Part shown: one piece after another, positions 15,010-27,706 of the stretch | Numbering within the stretch: the first letter of the stretch is position 1 | Layout of the letters: the number at the start of each line of letters is the position of its first letter | From: Camelus dromedarius | Lineage: Eukaryota | DNA length: 64,000 nt | NCBI RefSeq assembly: GCF_036321535.1 | Contig: NC_087436.1 | Location: forward strand, 38,814,001-38,878,000 | Reading direction: 5' to 3' | The notes under the pieces: generated by a model | Seen by the model: the letters and a program-made list of their open reading frames with translations, nothing else | Told to the model about the DNA's origin: nothing | Database searches by the model: none | Position numbers and translations under genes: made by a program

Positions 15010-15162
15010 ACTCAGAATCAGAAATGAGGAAAGGGGAGACTTTCAAACTGCAGATTTGTGGATCCCGCTTCTGAAAATTCTGATTCAGTAAGTCTTGGGA
15101 AGAGGCTGAGAGTCTACATGATTACAGAGCTCCCCCAGCTGATTCTGAATGTGAACCACTGG
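15010..15162. mobile_element. Degenerate MER5-like (hAT-Charlie) DNA transposon
   Basis: 'attctgattcagtaagtcttggga..ggctgagagtctacat..gctcccccagctgattctga..gaaccactg'. Confidence 0.6.
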
Positions 15163-15617
15163 CTTGAGGAACTGACCTCCTTCCCCAGTAGGACTATCCT
15201 ACCTAAGTGGGGCCAGTCCTTTTCAAGTGTATTTCACTAACTGCCTGAAAATGTTCACTTCGTGTAACACAGGAATTTCTTACATCATAGACCAGTTTGG
15301 GGAAATGGACTTCATATAGGGCATTACTTAGTCATTCAAACGCTAGTGTGAAATATATTTGAATGTTTGCCTACACTTACCTAGTCAAGATTATTGGGAA
15401 TCAATGTTTGGGATATGGATGGTAACTTTTCCTTCAATCCCTAATGAAAAAATAGTTAAACTCAAGAGCTAGAAAGATATGCATAAGTCAAGATTAACCA
15501 ATAACCAAGATGGTACACTTCACTTTCCACCATGAATATATATATAAAACTAATAGTTTTGCTGTAGTGTTACATAAGAGACTTTGTATTATAAACCAGT
15601 GGAAATCTCAGTTTCAA

Positions 15618-15740
15618 ATATATGTATGTGTGTGTGTATATATATATACACACACACACACACATATACGTATGTTTCAAATTACATTTATCTGCTCATA
15701 TACATATGTGTACGTGTGTGCATGTGTGCATATGTGCATG
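15618..15740. repeat. Compound (TG)n(TA)n(CA)n dinucleotide repeats
   Basis: Read directly from sequence. Confidence 0.85.
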
Positions 15741-15819
15741 ACTTTAATTTTTAATTTTTTGCCATTTCCATGGTTTTGCACTGAAGAAATGAATCTAAGC
15801 CAGCTATTGATTAGAAATT

Positions 15820-16050
15820 TTTTTTTTAAAGAAAGCTTTCTAGTATGGAATTTTTCAAACATATACAGAAGTAGAAAGAATAGTTTAATGAGCCCCCATG
15901 TGCTCATTAGCCATCTTCAATAATTAAGGATCCATGGCTACTCTCATTCCATCCATACCCTTTTTCACTTCTCTGCATTCTTCTTCCCTGTTAATCCATT
16001 GATAATTTTGAAGCAAGTCTCAGGTACCATATCATTTTGTTCAAAATCTT
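15820..16050 (-). mobile_element. Old L1MC/L1ME-type 3' end fragment
   Basis: 'tttcaaacatatacagaagtagaaagaatag..ttttgaagcaagtctcagg..catatcatttt'. Confidence 0.55.
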
Positions 16051-17794
16051 CAAATATTTTCCCAATTGAGATTTATTTCTATTTTTGCACTGAAGTTTTA
16101 CTTCAGTTAAATATATGAGTAATTAGGCTTTCACATGGTGTGTTTAATTTCAGTTCATTATAGGAAGTCATACCTATGATCACAGGTTTAACCTTGAAAA
16201 AATTTTTCTTAGGAAGCATTAGATAAAAGCTAGGGACACAAACCACTCCTATTTCCTTATGACAGGGAATTATTTTGACCTGGAAGACATGATCACTATG
16301 ACAGAAAAACAACAACAATAATAGCTAGCCTTTGGTAAATGCTTGCTCTGTTCTCACTTGTTCTAAAACAAGTAATCTCTATAACCCGATGAGTAGGGTG
16401 CTGCTTTTATCTTCATTGTGTGATAAAATTAACTTGTGGAACTTACAGTGTTGTGTTATTTCTTTATTCGTTTATCCATGTTGCAGTGCTCGGATTTATG
16501 TAAGACTAAGTCATGGTCACAGTCTTAGCTTTTCTCAGCAAACCACCTCTGGGGTGTCAGCGGGTTAGCAGCTGTGACCTGTCAGTTTCACAGGAACAGG
16601 AGATAGCAGCTCCAAGTTTCCTGAGGTTTCTCATGATTAATGGGTTCCAATGCTAAGACAGATCCCATGTGGCATGATATTATTACATTCTGAATCACAA
16701 GATGGTAGACGTGTACCATTTGGCTTTAGATTTTAAATTGCTTAAAATTTTAAAACATGGTTCATGGACAACTAGTTTGGGCTGCTGAATTACTTGGCTC
16801 CCCATTTAAAGTCTGAAAATGGGATACCTTGTTATCATTGATTTTAAAACTTTTGGGGGTTTTAGTAAATCTGTGTCGACTCTGTTAAAAATGGGCTTTA
16901 AAAATATATTTTTAAAAATATGATAGACCATTTTAAATGCAGCCACTACTTTGATTTAAAAGAATGTCTAAAATATTATCCCATTACTTAGTAGCTATCA
17001 CTTTTGAAAATGGGAATTAATGAGTCTCATGTTAAATCGTATGAGAAGATAGTAAACCTGATTTACTATCTTCTTATAACTTACTCCACGAGGTTAACGG
17101 AAAGTGTACTAGGAGTTGAAAGCTGGGTCCTGGGCCCTCTTGTCTCCTCACTGGGTGTGAGCTCGCAGCCAGGTCGTGAGAATCCCTGAGCGTAGGTGTC
17201 CGCTGTTCCTGGATGGATTTATAGGCCAGCCCTGTTCTCAGCTCTTGAATCCTATGAGTATAAAGGGATCCCTGAGTCTGTGTGACATTATATCTCAGCC
17301 ATGCAGTTTTTCCTTAGGAATTCTACAGCGGTTACAGGCCTAATCCGAGAGCCACTTCTAGACTACTTCCTTTCCAAATAGCAAAGCTAAAAATGTCACT
17401 TTATACAAAGATCTTTTTCTTAATTCTGTGCACAAGTCAAAATAACTGAAGTCAGTATTTGTTTTTAAAAGCAACACAAAATAAATTTTATGCCAAGTTT
17501 GAGCTAATAGTATGGCTTATAAATAATATGTTTGTTATATCAACAATGTCAGAATAAAAGTGATAAGTGTTTTCTTTGAACATAGAGAGTATAACTTTTT
17601 GTTTCCAAAATAAGCAATTGAATCAAAATCTGGGGTTTTCTTTCTGTTAAAGAAAGCAGCAAACAAGATACGGCATTCTGAGGAGTCTAGTTATCTCTGC
17701 GGGAAGCTTTAGCAAAATCCCAAGCTTGAAATTGTAGTCTCCAGTTGGCAGTCCTCTCCTGTAAACCTGCGTTTCTTCTTTTCTTACCCTGCAG

Positions 17795-17854
17795 GTTCTG
17801 TCCTATCATGCTTCAGCAGCAGAGGAAGAAACAAGAGAGCTCCAGTCCCTAGCG
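17795..17854 (+). CDS. PDE5A: PDE5A coding exon (~exon 11, linker helix)
   Basis: ccctgcag|GTT CTG ... CTA GCG|gtaatc; [20 protein letters not shown]; 60 bp, phase 0-0. Confidence 0.96.
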
Positions 17855-18849
17855 GTAATCCTCCTCCTTTTTCTTTATAAAAATGACTAACTACAGGCAG
17901 CTAACTAATAAAAATCATGCTTCTCTCCAGTAACTGCTTCTTCTGGTAATGGTCCCCTAGATATTTAATTAAATGTGGTAAATATTTGGATAGACATTTA
18001 TAAAAGTATTTAACCACGTCCACTTTCTTACAGGGCTGCCAAGTCACTGGTAACACAGAGCACAAGATAATAACATACTGATTTTGCAATACATTGTATG
18101 ATTCTGATTTTTTTCCAATAATTGTTATAATCTTTACATCTTTCTTAAGCCAGAATTAAATTTAGTTTTCAGTTCCTGGGAAAGTGTGGACAGGTGACTG
18201 CAAGGCAGTTGTTTGGCTAGAGTAACGACAATAAAGATTTTATAGCTTGATACTGATAACGTGTTCTACATTATCAAGAATTGAGAGTGATTTTAATTTC
18301 TGACCATATGGCTTATGGAATGTTATGTGAAATTGGGTTCAAATAAGATCAGTTCCTGAATTCTCATTACATTCTTATTTAGGATGCTATGTGAGAAAAG
18401 CACATGGACATGGAAGTAGAATGTCACATGTTCTAGGTCTTGACTGAGATTGCCTCGGTTGAGATTAATGAACGTTTAAGGCATTTACACATTTACAACC
18501 AAGGCTGGACCTCTGAGTTTAAATTTACTTGAGGCCACGTAGATAAAGTCTGTGTGAGATGTGACGAGAGTCACGTAAGGAATGAGAAGGGTATGAATGG
18601 ATCACTGAGATTCTGTTTCTTTGTCATCATTGTCATGGCTAGCCAGATGCTCACCCTCTGTGCCCCTACACCCATTTTCTCATGGAAAGTGCACAGCTCT
18701 GCTGTGAAGGCCACGCTGAAGATGGAGAAGCCAAGCTTCTTAAGGTCACACTTGCCTAAGGTCACACTGGCAGGAAGTGGGGAGTGAGGATACAGACTCA
18801 CACAGTGTCTCTCCAGAGCACATGCACATAACCACTGCCTTCTCTGTGA

Positions 18850-19520
18850 CGAGCTATTAGGGAGAGAGGTCAGTGATGAATCAAATGTTCTGACCTAGGT
18901 AATTCTAAGAATGAGAGCCCCATTCATTAATAAAAGGGGAAACATTAAGAAGGAAAATGGATAGATTTGATTTAGAACATGGTAAGTTTGAGGTGCTGAT
19001 AGAACAGCCAAATGGGCATCATCAACAACTAGGGAGGGCAGGACTGGAGTGGTGAGGGGCTGGTAGTCAGAACTAGAGGCGGCGATTTGGAAGTTTAATC
19101 GTGGGATATGGGGGAGTCCCGTGATCATGAAATGATGGGAATGGAGCAGTTGGGGGAGAGTGCAGAAAGATATGAAAAGCTGAGGGCAGAACTCTAGAGA
19201 TTTAGGTGGAAGGTATAGGAAGAGAAACCAGCTAAGGAAAGTGGTGGTTCAGCAGGGAGGCAGACTTGGGATACAGCAGTGGCACAAAGGGCAAGTGGAA
19301 CAGTTTGAAAGGAAGGAGATCCCATCAATTGTCATAGAAAGGTTGAGAAATAAGACTGAGAAAAGGCTGCTGGGTTCAGTGATGTGGTGATTATTGAAAA
19401 GGCAGCTTCAGGAGTGCAACTGCAAAAGGGAAGAGTAAATGGTGAGAAAGTTGAGGAAATGAATATAGACTATGTGAAGAATGTAGGTTTTGTATGAAAG
19501 AGAAGTAGCTGAGAAGGGTG
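18850..19520 (-). mobile_element. L2 LINE fragment
   Basis: Purine-rich L2-like 'gaacatggtaagtttgaggtgct..atttggaagtt..ggcagaactct..aagactgagaaaaggc'. Confidence 0.6.
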
Positions 19521-19729
19521 TTGGCTGAATTCTGTGAAGTTTTTTTATTGTTTTGCTGTGTGTTTGAGCAGGGGTGGCTCACAAGCAAGAGAGCCAACGT
19601 ATTCTTGGTCAAAGGGGGACATCTAGGGTGAGTGTGAGACTAACACGGCAAGACGGAAAGAGAGCTGGACTTTGAAGTGGCTGAGGCACTAAAGAGACAT
19701 TTCTTTGGCCAAGACAAGAGAAAAGGGAT

Positions 19730-19960
19730 ATAATAATAGTGACTAGCTACACTTATTAAGCACTTAACATATACCTGGCGTGTTTGACTTTCTTTGTGTG
19801 TGTGAACTAAGTGTATTTAATCCACAGCCACCCTGTAAGGTCAGTATTATTAGCATTTTGAAAATGGAGTTAGAGGTTGAGAGTTGAGACTGTCCTACCC
19901 AGACTGGGAGTGATGGCACCAGTCCTAAATCCAGGCAGTCCAGACCCAGAGCCCACACTT
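19730..19960 (-). mobile_element. MIR SINE
   Basis: 'gctacacttattaagcactt..ccctgtaagg..attattagcattttg..ccaggcagtccagacccagagccc'. Confidence 0.7.
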
Positions 19961-22900
19961 CATTGCACAGCCCTGGAGAGAATGAGCTCAGAGAGAAGGA
20001 GGAAGAATGAGGACTTGTACACTTTATTGATTAGATCACCAAGTAGGAAGCTGAGTCATCTTGCCAAGAACAGTTGAAGGAACTTGAGGTGATTTCATCT
20101 GAAAGGTGAAGTGTCTTTTGGGGTTAGCCTCATTCGAATTGGCTGTATTTATTTTGTTCATGGTGATGTTTGGAAGAATGAGGAGTTTTTCAATTATTTA
20201 AGAAGTTAAGAGGTTTAAAGTATCTCCCACATCAGGCTTAATTGGCCCATTTGTCTAATCCTCCTAGAGTGATAAAGTTTTGAACTAACTGCATACTGTG
20301 AGCTGAAAGTTATCACAAGGAGAGGTACATTCTGAAGAGCTTGCAGGCACTGTGGGATTAAGTTAGCTCTAAAATGAGGGCAAGGCTACATTCTGCCATA
20401 TGTAGTTTCAGATAAATAAAAACTAGCAAATAGAGACATTTTTAAAGGTAAAGCTAAAAAAAAATCCACTGGGATATTAAACTTTGCTTTTCACTTTGAA
20501 AATAGCATAGTCTCAGAAAAATCTGAAAATTATTTTCACAATTATGTTTATAATTTTAGCAAGAGAAAAACACTGGAAAAACTGAAAATTGCTATATTGC
20601 AGTATTGTTCAAAACCATCTGTTGTTCCATTTGGAAAATAGATTTCTGGCAGCTGCATTGTGAAATTTAGGATTATTACATAGTTTGTAGGTCAAATAAT
20701 TCATTTAAATTGGTTGAGATTCAGGAACTGATTTCAATTCTTGTTTTCTGTCAACCTAATAAAAATTCCTTTGCAGCCCCCACTATACAGGTGCCTGTGT
20801 CGTCCAGCAATTACCAAAATTGCTGTCTTAGTCACATGTCTGATGATTTATTGCAATTTAAAACCTAAAATAAATTGAAAAGCCATCAAATACTTCTTAA
20901 TTTTTATTTTTAGAAATTAGTTCTTAAGAGAATTTAAAAATGTTTTTTAAGTATACTAAATATTTATGCCCCTGTTCCAAAAAGTTTTTTAGTCATAACA
21001 AAAATATAACAAAGTTGATAGGAAATTCAGAATCCCTTTTTTCCCCTTGCTTTACTTGAGATTAAAAAACTCATTTTAAATCTATTTTTTAATGTAATTT
21101 TCTCTTGACTCAAAATTGGGTGCAGCAGAAAGAAGGCCTTAAACAAGCATTTTGCCATATACCTTTTAATAATCCTTAGTCACAAGTTACTGAGATAGAA
21201 GTAAAATAACCCCAACTGACCTGGTTATGGTTATTAGAAAGTTGTTAGTTAAGATGTCCAGTTAAGTTAAGTAACAATGTCTGATTGATTGCCTTTTTCT
21301 GCCACCTTCTCTTGTTTAGAACAGTAAATAAATAGGTATTAGGGTAGTTTTTTTAAATAATCTTCTTAATTTTGTCAGGGAGTCAGTGCTGATTCAGTCC
21401 AGTCCCTGTACCTTCTACTTTACAGCAGTTTCTTTCATCAGAAGTAATGTATCTAAAAGCAGACTGAGACCCTGATGTGATCCTGAAATTTCTACCATAT
21501 CAAAATAGCGAGAGAGGGAGGAGCTGACCACTTAGGCAGGACTTCTTAGGACGGAATTTATACCTCATCTGGACTTTAACCTTAAGAGCCAGAAGCTTCA
21601 CGTGACCCCTCTTGATTGGGCATGCATGTGGTTGCTGCAGGTAACAGCAGTGAGGGGCTGAGCCTGACACCTGACCCAAATCTCTCATGCCTCAGGCAGT
21701 GTTAGAGTGTAGATCCACTTGCGTATATCAAGATGATCATCACATTCCCTCACTTTTGGGGGAAATCTACATGAATAGTCAAATTATAAATGGAAAATTT
21801 TGAGCAGATAATAATAAAGAGGAGTTGACCCTATGATCTTGATAATTAGTGTCACTGAACTGTAGTAACTTAAGGCATCCAGGAAGGCACCTTCCTCCTC
21901 AAAAGGTGCTAGAAATACTCTGAATCAGTTTGGGTCCTTTGGACCTCCTGTGCACTAGCAGTTGATGCATTCATTTTTATAGATGTCATAACATGAACTG
22001 GGCTGTATCCTTTCCACACTGCAAGATGTAATGTTTGATTCTTCCTACTTTCATTTGACAAGCTAATATGACCTGTTTTGCTTTGATTTTACTAGAGGAT
22101 TACTTCCAGTGGTAGCCTGAATTCCAAAGTATGATGGCACTGTTCTTGAGCTTCTTATATACTAACTAGATGTTAACCAAATCTGTGTGTATTAGTCTCA
22201 GTTGCAGCCATACATTTTCTCTGAAGTTTTACTTTTAAGCATATACGTACTTTATTGGAATCTTGACATTTGCCTTCTTTATATGGTTTTGAAAAACCAT
22301 ATGCTCATTATTCAAGTTTTTTATAGTTGGTGCCTCTTCCCTATAGAGATTTGAAGGAATCCATTTATATAATGTTAGAAAGAAGGAAAATGTTAATATA
22401 GTTACTGAAGAAAATATACTAATGTAGTCCTGCTATGCCTTATTCACTTCTTTTTTCTAAGATTTGGTTCCACATGTTGAGTCGAACAGTCACCTCTCTT
22501 TGTATTAGCAGATTTCTTTCTCATCTTTCTCATCTGGTTTCCCTTCCTTTTTAGAGAACGATATTTTCTAACAGCCTTGTAAACTAATTGTGTGGGGGGT
22601 TTTCTTTAAAAACACATTTTCTGCATGTGTTAAACGTGGGGAAGAGAGATGTTAGTCTTCTGTAAAGTGTAATGTGATGGCTGTCCAAGTGGCTTTATTC
22701 AAAAAGCGGGACCCAGACTGCTCTGCACAGAAGAGTGCCCCAGCAGGCGTGCAGGCATAGGGCTCGGGGACTGCTAAGGAGAACTTACAACACCTGACTG
22801 AGCATCCCTGAAAGTAATCTCCCTAAAGAATGGATCACTGAGGAAAAAACATTTAACATTTATACTAAGTGAACATGAGGGAGTGACATAACAAAATTCC

Positions 22901-23530
22901 CCTCTAAAACACTGAAGCTAATTGGAAAAATCTGACGTTCTGCGGAAGACCAAGTTCAGTGTTTGCCCTTGTTTTCAGACTTATTTTAATAAATAATTTT
23001 CTGAATAAGGAGCCTTTTCTTAATAGTTGACTATCAGAAGTTGTTTCTGTAATTTCTGTTCTAGCTCTTGAGAACTGACACTTGGTGCCCAAGGCAGGCA
23101 GAAGGCCTTTGCGTGACCGTTTTGTATGGAGATTATACAGCTGAGCAAACTGTGTAGCCATGTAGCCACGTGTCTCTGCTTTCCGCTGGGTTACCAGAGA
23201 CCTTGCCACAGGCCGAATATAAACCTTTGTCATGAGGCTTTCACCAAAAATATGAAATTCAATGATTTTTAAATGACCCTTATAAATGTACCTTACCCAA
23301 GTGTGTTATTTTCCACACATGCTTTATGGGCTTCAAGGAGACTGTACACTTTATAAATGTATTAATTCCCATAAAGTTTCCACAGGTGTGTCCCAGTGTG
23401 TCCCTTTTGTTGTGTAAATAGACTTCATAATAAGAAATAGTTGAATAAAAGAAGGGTTATCATTTGTCTTAAGTAAGTAACTGATAAAACTCAGGAATGA
23501 TTCTCTTTGACTTTAGAAAAACAGGGAATT

Positions 23531-24009
23531 TTATTAGTCAGGTTCTCCAGAGAAAAATAACCAGTAGGTGACTTTATAAATATATAAAAGATTCTGAGGA
23601 ATTGGCTCACACAATTATGGGGGCTAAGAAGTCCAGCAGTCTTCTGGCTGCAGGTTAAAGACCCAGGAAAGGCAGTGGTGTGGTTCAGCTGAGTCTAAAG
23701 GCCTGAGAACAGGGAGCCGATGGTTGAAATCCCAGTCCAAGAGCCTGAGAAGAGATGAGATATCCCAACTCCAGCAGACTGGTAGGAAGCGGAAGGGGGG
23801 AAATTCCTCCTTCTTGTGCCTTTTGTTCTATGCAGGCCCTCAGTGGATTGGATGGTGCCCACCCACATCAGGGAGCACAATCTACTTTATTGAGTCCACT
23901 GATTCAAATGCTTATCTCATCCAGAAACACCCTCATGGACACACCCAGAAAGAATGTTTAATTTGGGCATCCTGTGGCTAGTCAACTTGAGACAAAATTA
24001 ACTATTACG
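23531..24009 (-). mobile_element. MLT2-family (ERVL) solo LTR
   Basis: 'tattagtcaggttctccagagaa..gaggaattggctcacacaattatgg..ggattggatggtgcccaccca..gattcaaatgcttatctcatccagaaacaccctcatggacacacccagaa..gtcaacttgagacaaaattaact'. Confidence 0.85.
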
Positions 24010-24499
24010 TGCGACTAAAAACAGTAATTAAATGTGTAGTTACATTCTCTATCATTGTGTTGTTAGGAATCCCTTGTGCAAACTACCAGCATACTTGTGT
24101 TGTTGCACTTAAAAAACTATGTATTTCAATTACTTATGTCTTCTCCATCAGACCGTTAGTTCTTGAGTAATAATAACAATGATAATAATGATGATAATGG
24201 CTACCATTTAGTGATCACTTAACAGGAACCTGGTTTACTGTTTTGTTGAATGAATGAATCAATCGATTGATTCTGGAAATTTCAGATTAGAAAGCCTGTG
24301 ATCTAGCATGAAATACTATTCATGATCCTTCAGTTCAGTCAACAAGATTATGCTTTCTTTTTCCTTAAAGTGATTAAGAAGCTAGAAATAATTTAATAGT
24401 TAATGAAATGAATAAAACAGCCTGTTAACTAGTCACAGAGCCAGACATTTGAAGAGCCACGGAGATACATTTTCATTGTCAGCTTTCATTTTGATGAAT

Positions 24500-24700
24500 A
24501 CAGTATGATGGTTGAGAACATGAGTCTAGAGAGAGATGGTTCAGATTCCATCTCCTTGATCTCAGGCAAATCTGTGACTTCTCTGTGCCTTAGTTTCTTC
24601 ATCTGTTAAAGGAGGATAATGAAAGAACTTATCATTATCTCACAGAGTTGTAGTGATCAGAGTTCCTGGTTCATACGTCCCCAGTAAATATTAGCTGTTG
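24500..24700 (+). mobile_element. MIR SINE
   Basis: 'ctctgtgccttagtttcttcatctgttaaaggaggataat'. Confidence 0.7.
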
Positions 24701-25662
24701 TTAGTAGTTGACCATTTTAAGTAACTTCCTACGATAGCTGGTAAAAAGTGGAAAACTTTTAAGGTCATTCCTTTCCCATCCTGAGTTTCCAGTGTTCTTA
24801 GAAGTGAATGAATCAAACTTTAATGACACTTAAGACAAGCTGAAGCTGAGTTTTTAAGATTACAACAACAAAGTATTCATTGTACAGATGAAAGAAGGAA
24901 TTCAACTATAATTAAAATTTTTCAAAAGTAAATAAAGTGAATAATTGAACTGTAAGAGAAGAAGGCATAATCTACAATTTGTCTGTTGTGTCTGACACAG
25001 CATGGTTCATTACTAATATTAACATTTGTATTACAGCTCTTTGCCAAATTAAATTAAATTTAATATTATGGAGAACTGGTTAGGTGCTTGATGATCACAA
25101 AATTATATAATAATATGTAATTATAATCAGAAAAACGAACTATGACTGTAAAGTATAGGCACTGTTAAAGTATATTCACTATGTTACTATAGAGACATAT
25201 TTTGGAGTGAATGGTCTGAGATGTGTGTAGTTACCAGCATCTTCTCAAATGTCTCAGTTCCATTCTTGGTGCCCCACTCGCTCCTAATCAATGCCGTGAC
25301 TTACACATAAGAGACATGGCAAGTCTGTGATTTCATCCTACACTGTAATTCAGCGACCTGCAGAATAAGATTGTGTGGGTTTCACCTGCATTAGTGCTTC
25401 AAGAAATAGAATGGTTTAGGAGAGCCATAAAAACTCTCTACTCTTCTGACCATGACTTGACCCCAAAATTTAAAGCCCTGAGACTCTATTTGCTTTCTTT
25501 GATCCCTCCAAAGCCACTGGCCACAGCCAGCCCACCTTGCACCTCACTGCAATACAGTGGCCACCACAGAGTCCACCAAAAGGGATTTCCTTCTGCGTAA
25601 CCACAAGTGAGGATTTAAATGGCTATTGCTTGCTATTGATTACTAACACCCAATCCCTAATG

Positions 25663-25842
25663 CAGTGGTTCTCACAACTCAGCACTCATCAGAGTCATCT
25701 GGAAGGTTTATTTTAACACAGACGGCTGAGCCCCACTCCCGGAGTTTCTGATTGAGTCGGTCTGTGTTGGGACGCACGAATTTGCATTTTTAACAAGTTC
25801 TCAGATGCTACTGCTGCAGGGACCAAACACTGAGAGCCACTG
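25663..25842. mobile_element. MER5A-type hAT-Charlie MITE (180 bp)
   Basis: Terminal inverted repeats CAGTGGTTCTCA...TGAGAGCCACTG; internal 'gagtttctgatt..gaatttgcatttttaacaagttc'. Confidence 0.85.
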
Positions 25843-25949
25843 CTCTCTTGGAAACCTGATTCCCTTCTGCCTGCAAACCCAACAAAGCCAACTGTCTAAT
25901 ACCAAATTCCTAGCCTTGAGAATTTGTTGCCTGCCAACACTTTGCCTAA

Positions 25950-26460
25950 TGTAGTTCAATTACAGATAACAGAAACTGCTATAGCTATTTGAAGCAGAAA
26001 AGAATGTAATTAGGTGCTTTCAAATCATTGGAGGGGGTGGATGAATGACCCCAGGAATGAATCCCAAAACCAAACCAGATCTGGTGCACAATGGGAACTT
26101 CCATGTAGGCCAGAATCAGAAGGCCACTGAGCTATCTCCTCCTTCCAGAATCAACCATCACAGCATAGTCTGGCCAAAACTGCCATCTCTACAGCAGCAT
26201 TATACCCTCTGGATCCATGTTAAAAAAAAAAAGGGTGGGTGGGGGGTTCCTCATGTGGTGGGCACTATGTTAGTTTGAAATTCAGGTCTCACTCAAATAT
26301 ACTCACTGAAGAAAGCAAAATCTACCTGGAACCCTAGCTGCAAAGGAGTCAGGAGAATATATTTTTGAGCTTTCTTGACTCTTCAGAAAATGAAGGGTCA
26401 CTAGATAAAGGTTAAAATAGGTGTCAGGTTAACGGAGTCTTGCTGCAGTATCTACCACAG
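25950..26460. mobile_element. Possible old MaLR (MLT1-like) LTR
   Basis: Start 'ttacagataacagaaact..tttgaagcagaaaagaatgtaatt' resembles an MLT1 terminus; very degenerate. Confidence 0.4.
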
Positions 26461-27692
26461 GGACCAGTGAATGTCTCTCTGGTGCAGCTGAAACATAAAC
26501 AATGAAGAAGAACTAGCTATATGAAAACTTGAGGGGATGTATTCCCGGCAGAGGAGGAGAAACAGTTAAACAGGCCCAGAAGTGAGAGTGTATGTGTGTG
26601 TGTTATTTAACCTTGAAAAAAAAATGGCAAAAATATAGACACTTCCCCACCCCTGCATAAAAAAAAAAAAAATAGATGGCAGTTTCTAAAAACTCAACTT
26701 TTCATTTAGAGCATTATTGCAGTAAGTATAGAGGCTACTACATACCTAGCCCAAGCCTCCTCTGCACTCATGCAGAGGTTGGGATCCTCTATCTAAGTCA
26801 GTCATGTGAGCAAGCCAGACAGAGTGACATGTGTGAGGAATCAAGCATGAAAAAGACAACCATAACAGCTGAGGTGCCCCGTCCATTTACTTGAAAGGAT
26901 GAGAGAGTCGGAGACAGAGCTTGGGCTTGTACAGGAAGGTCACTGGCAAGATTTCGATGCCACTCAGAGGGTGGCATTGGGTTGTAAAGTGAGGAGGCAG
27001 TAAGAAATCCTGGAGCCCTGTGGACACAGATAAATTATACCTGAGAGACAGTCTAATCTATCCACCACACTTCACAGGTGAGAAGACAGGCAGAGAAGTT
27101 GATCATCTTGTTCAGGGTGACAAAGTCAGTGGAACATCAGGACTAGAACCCCTAATAGCAAACATTCCTTTTTACCATGTGTTTCATCTTGCTTTCAGGT
27201 TTTTCTTTTTATGATCATTATCTAATGCCAAAATGCAAATGTGGTAGCTGATACAGGATTTTGCCTCCTGGTGACCAGTTTATTTAGATCCTTATCAATC
27301 AGGTGGTATTCAAAACAACTGGTTTTGGTGAAGGATCACTGAGCAACTAAAATATTTTTATAATCTGAATACTGCTTCTTTTAACCCAGTTGAATCCTGT
27401 TGCCAAAGGTATGTCCAGTTCCACTCTTAGCGGACTTCACTTCCAGAGTTGGTTGGTTATTTTCATTCGGTTTTACATTTTAGGACGGTGAAAAAGGACC
27501 AAGGCAGTAGAAAAAGAGTCATAAAAAAGGGCTTAATGAAGAATTTCCTCTAAAGAGTCATGAGAGGCAACTAGTTTCTTTATTAGTTTGAGTGGCAGAT
27601 ATAATTAAAGAACTCAGAAGAAAAATGACATTATACTACCAAACTGTTTGCCAGGTTAAACTTTTAACCCAGGGAGTTTTGTGTATTTTTTG

Positions 27693-27706
27693 CATTCCAT
27701 ATTTGG
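27693..27706. promoter_or_regulatory. Overlapping MCAT (TEAD) and perfect CArG (SRF) motif
   Basis: CATTCC (27693-27698) overlapping CCATATTTGG (27697-27706). Confidence 0.4.

Noticed and set aside
15510..15923. 137-aa ORF
   Set aside because: Kept open by dinucleotide repeats (VCVC, THTH) and L1 debris
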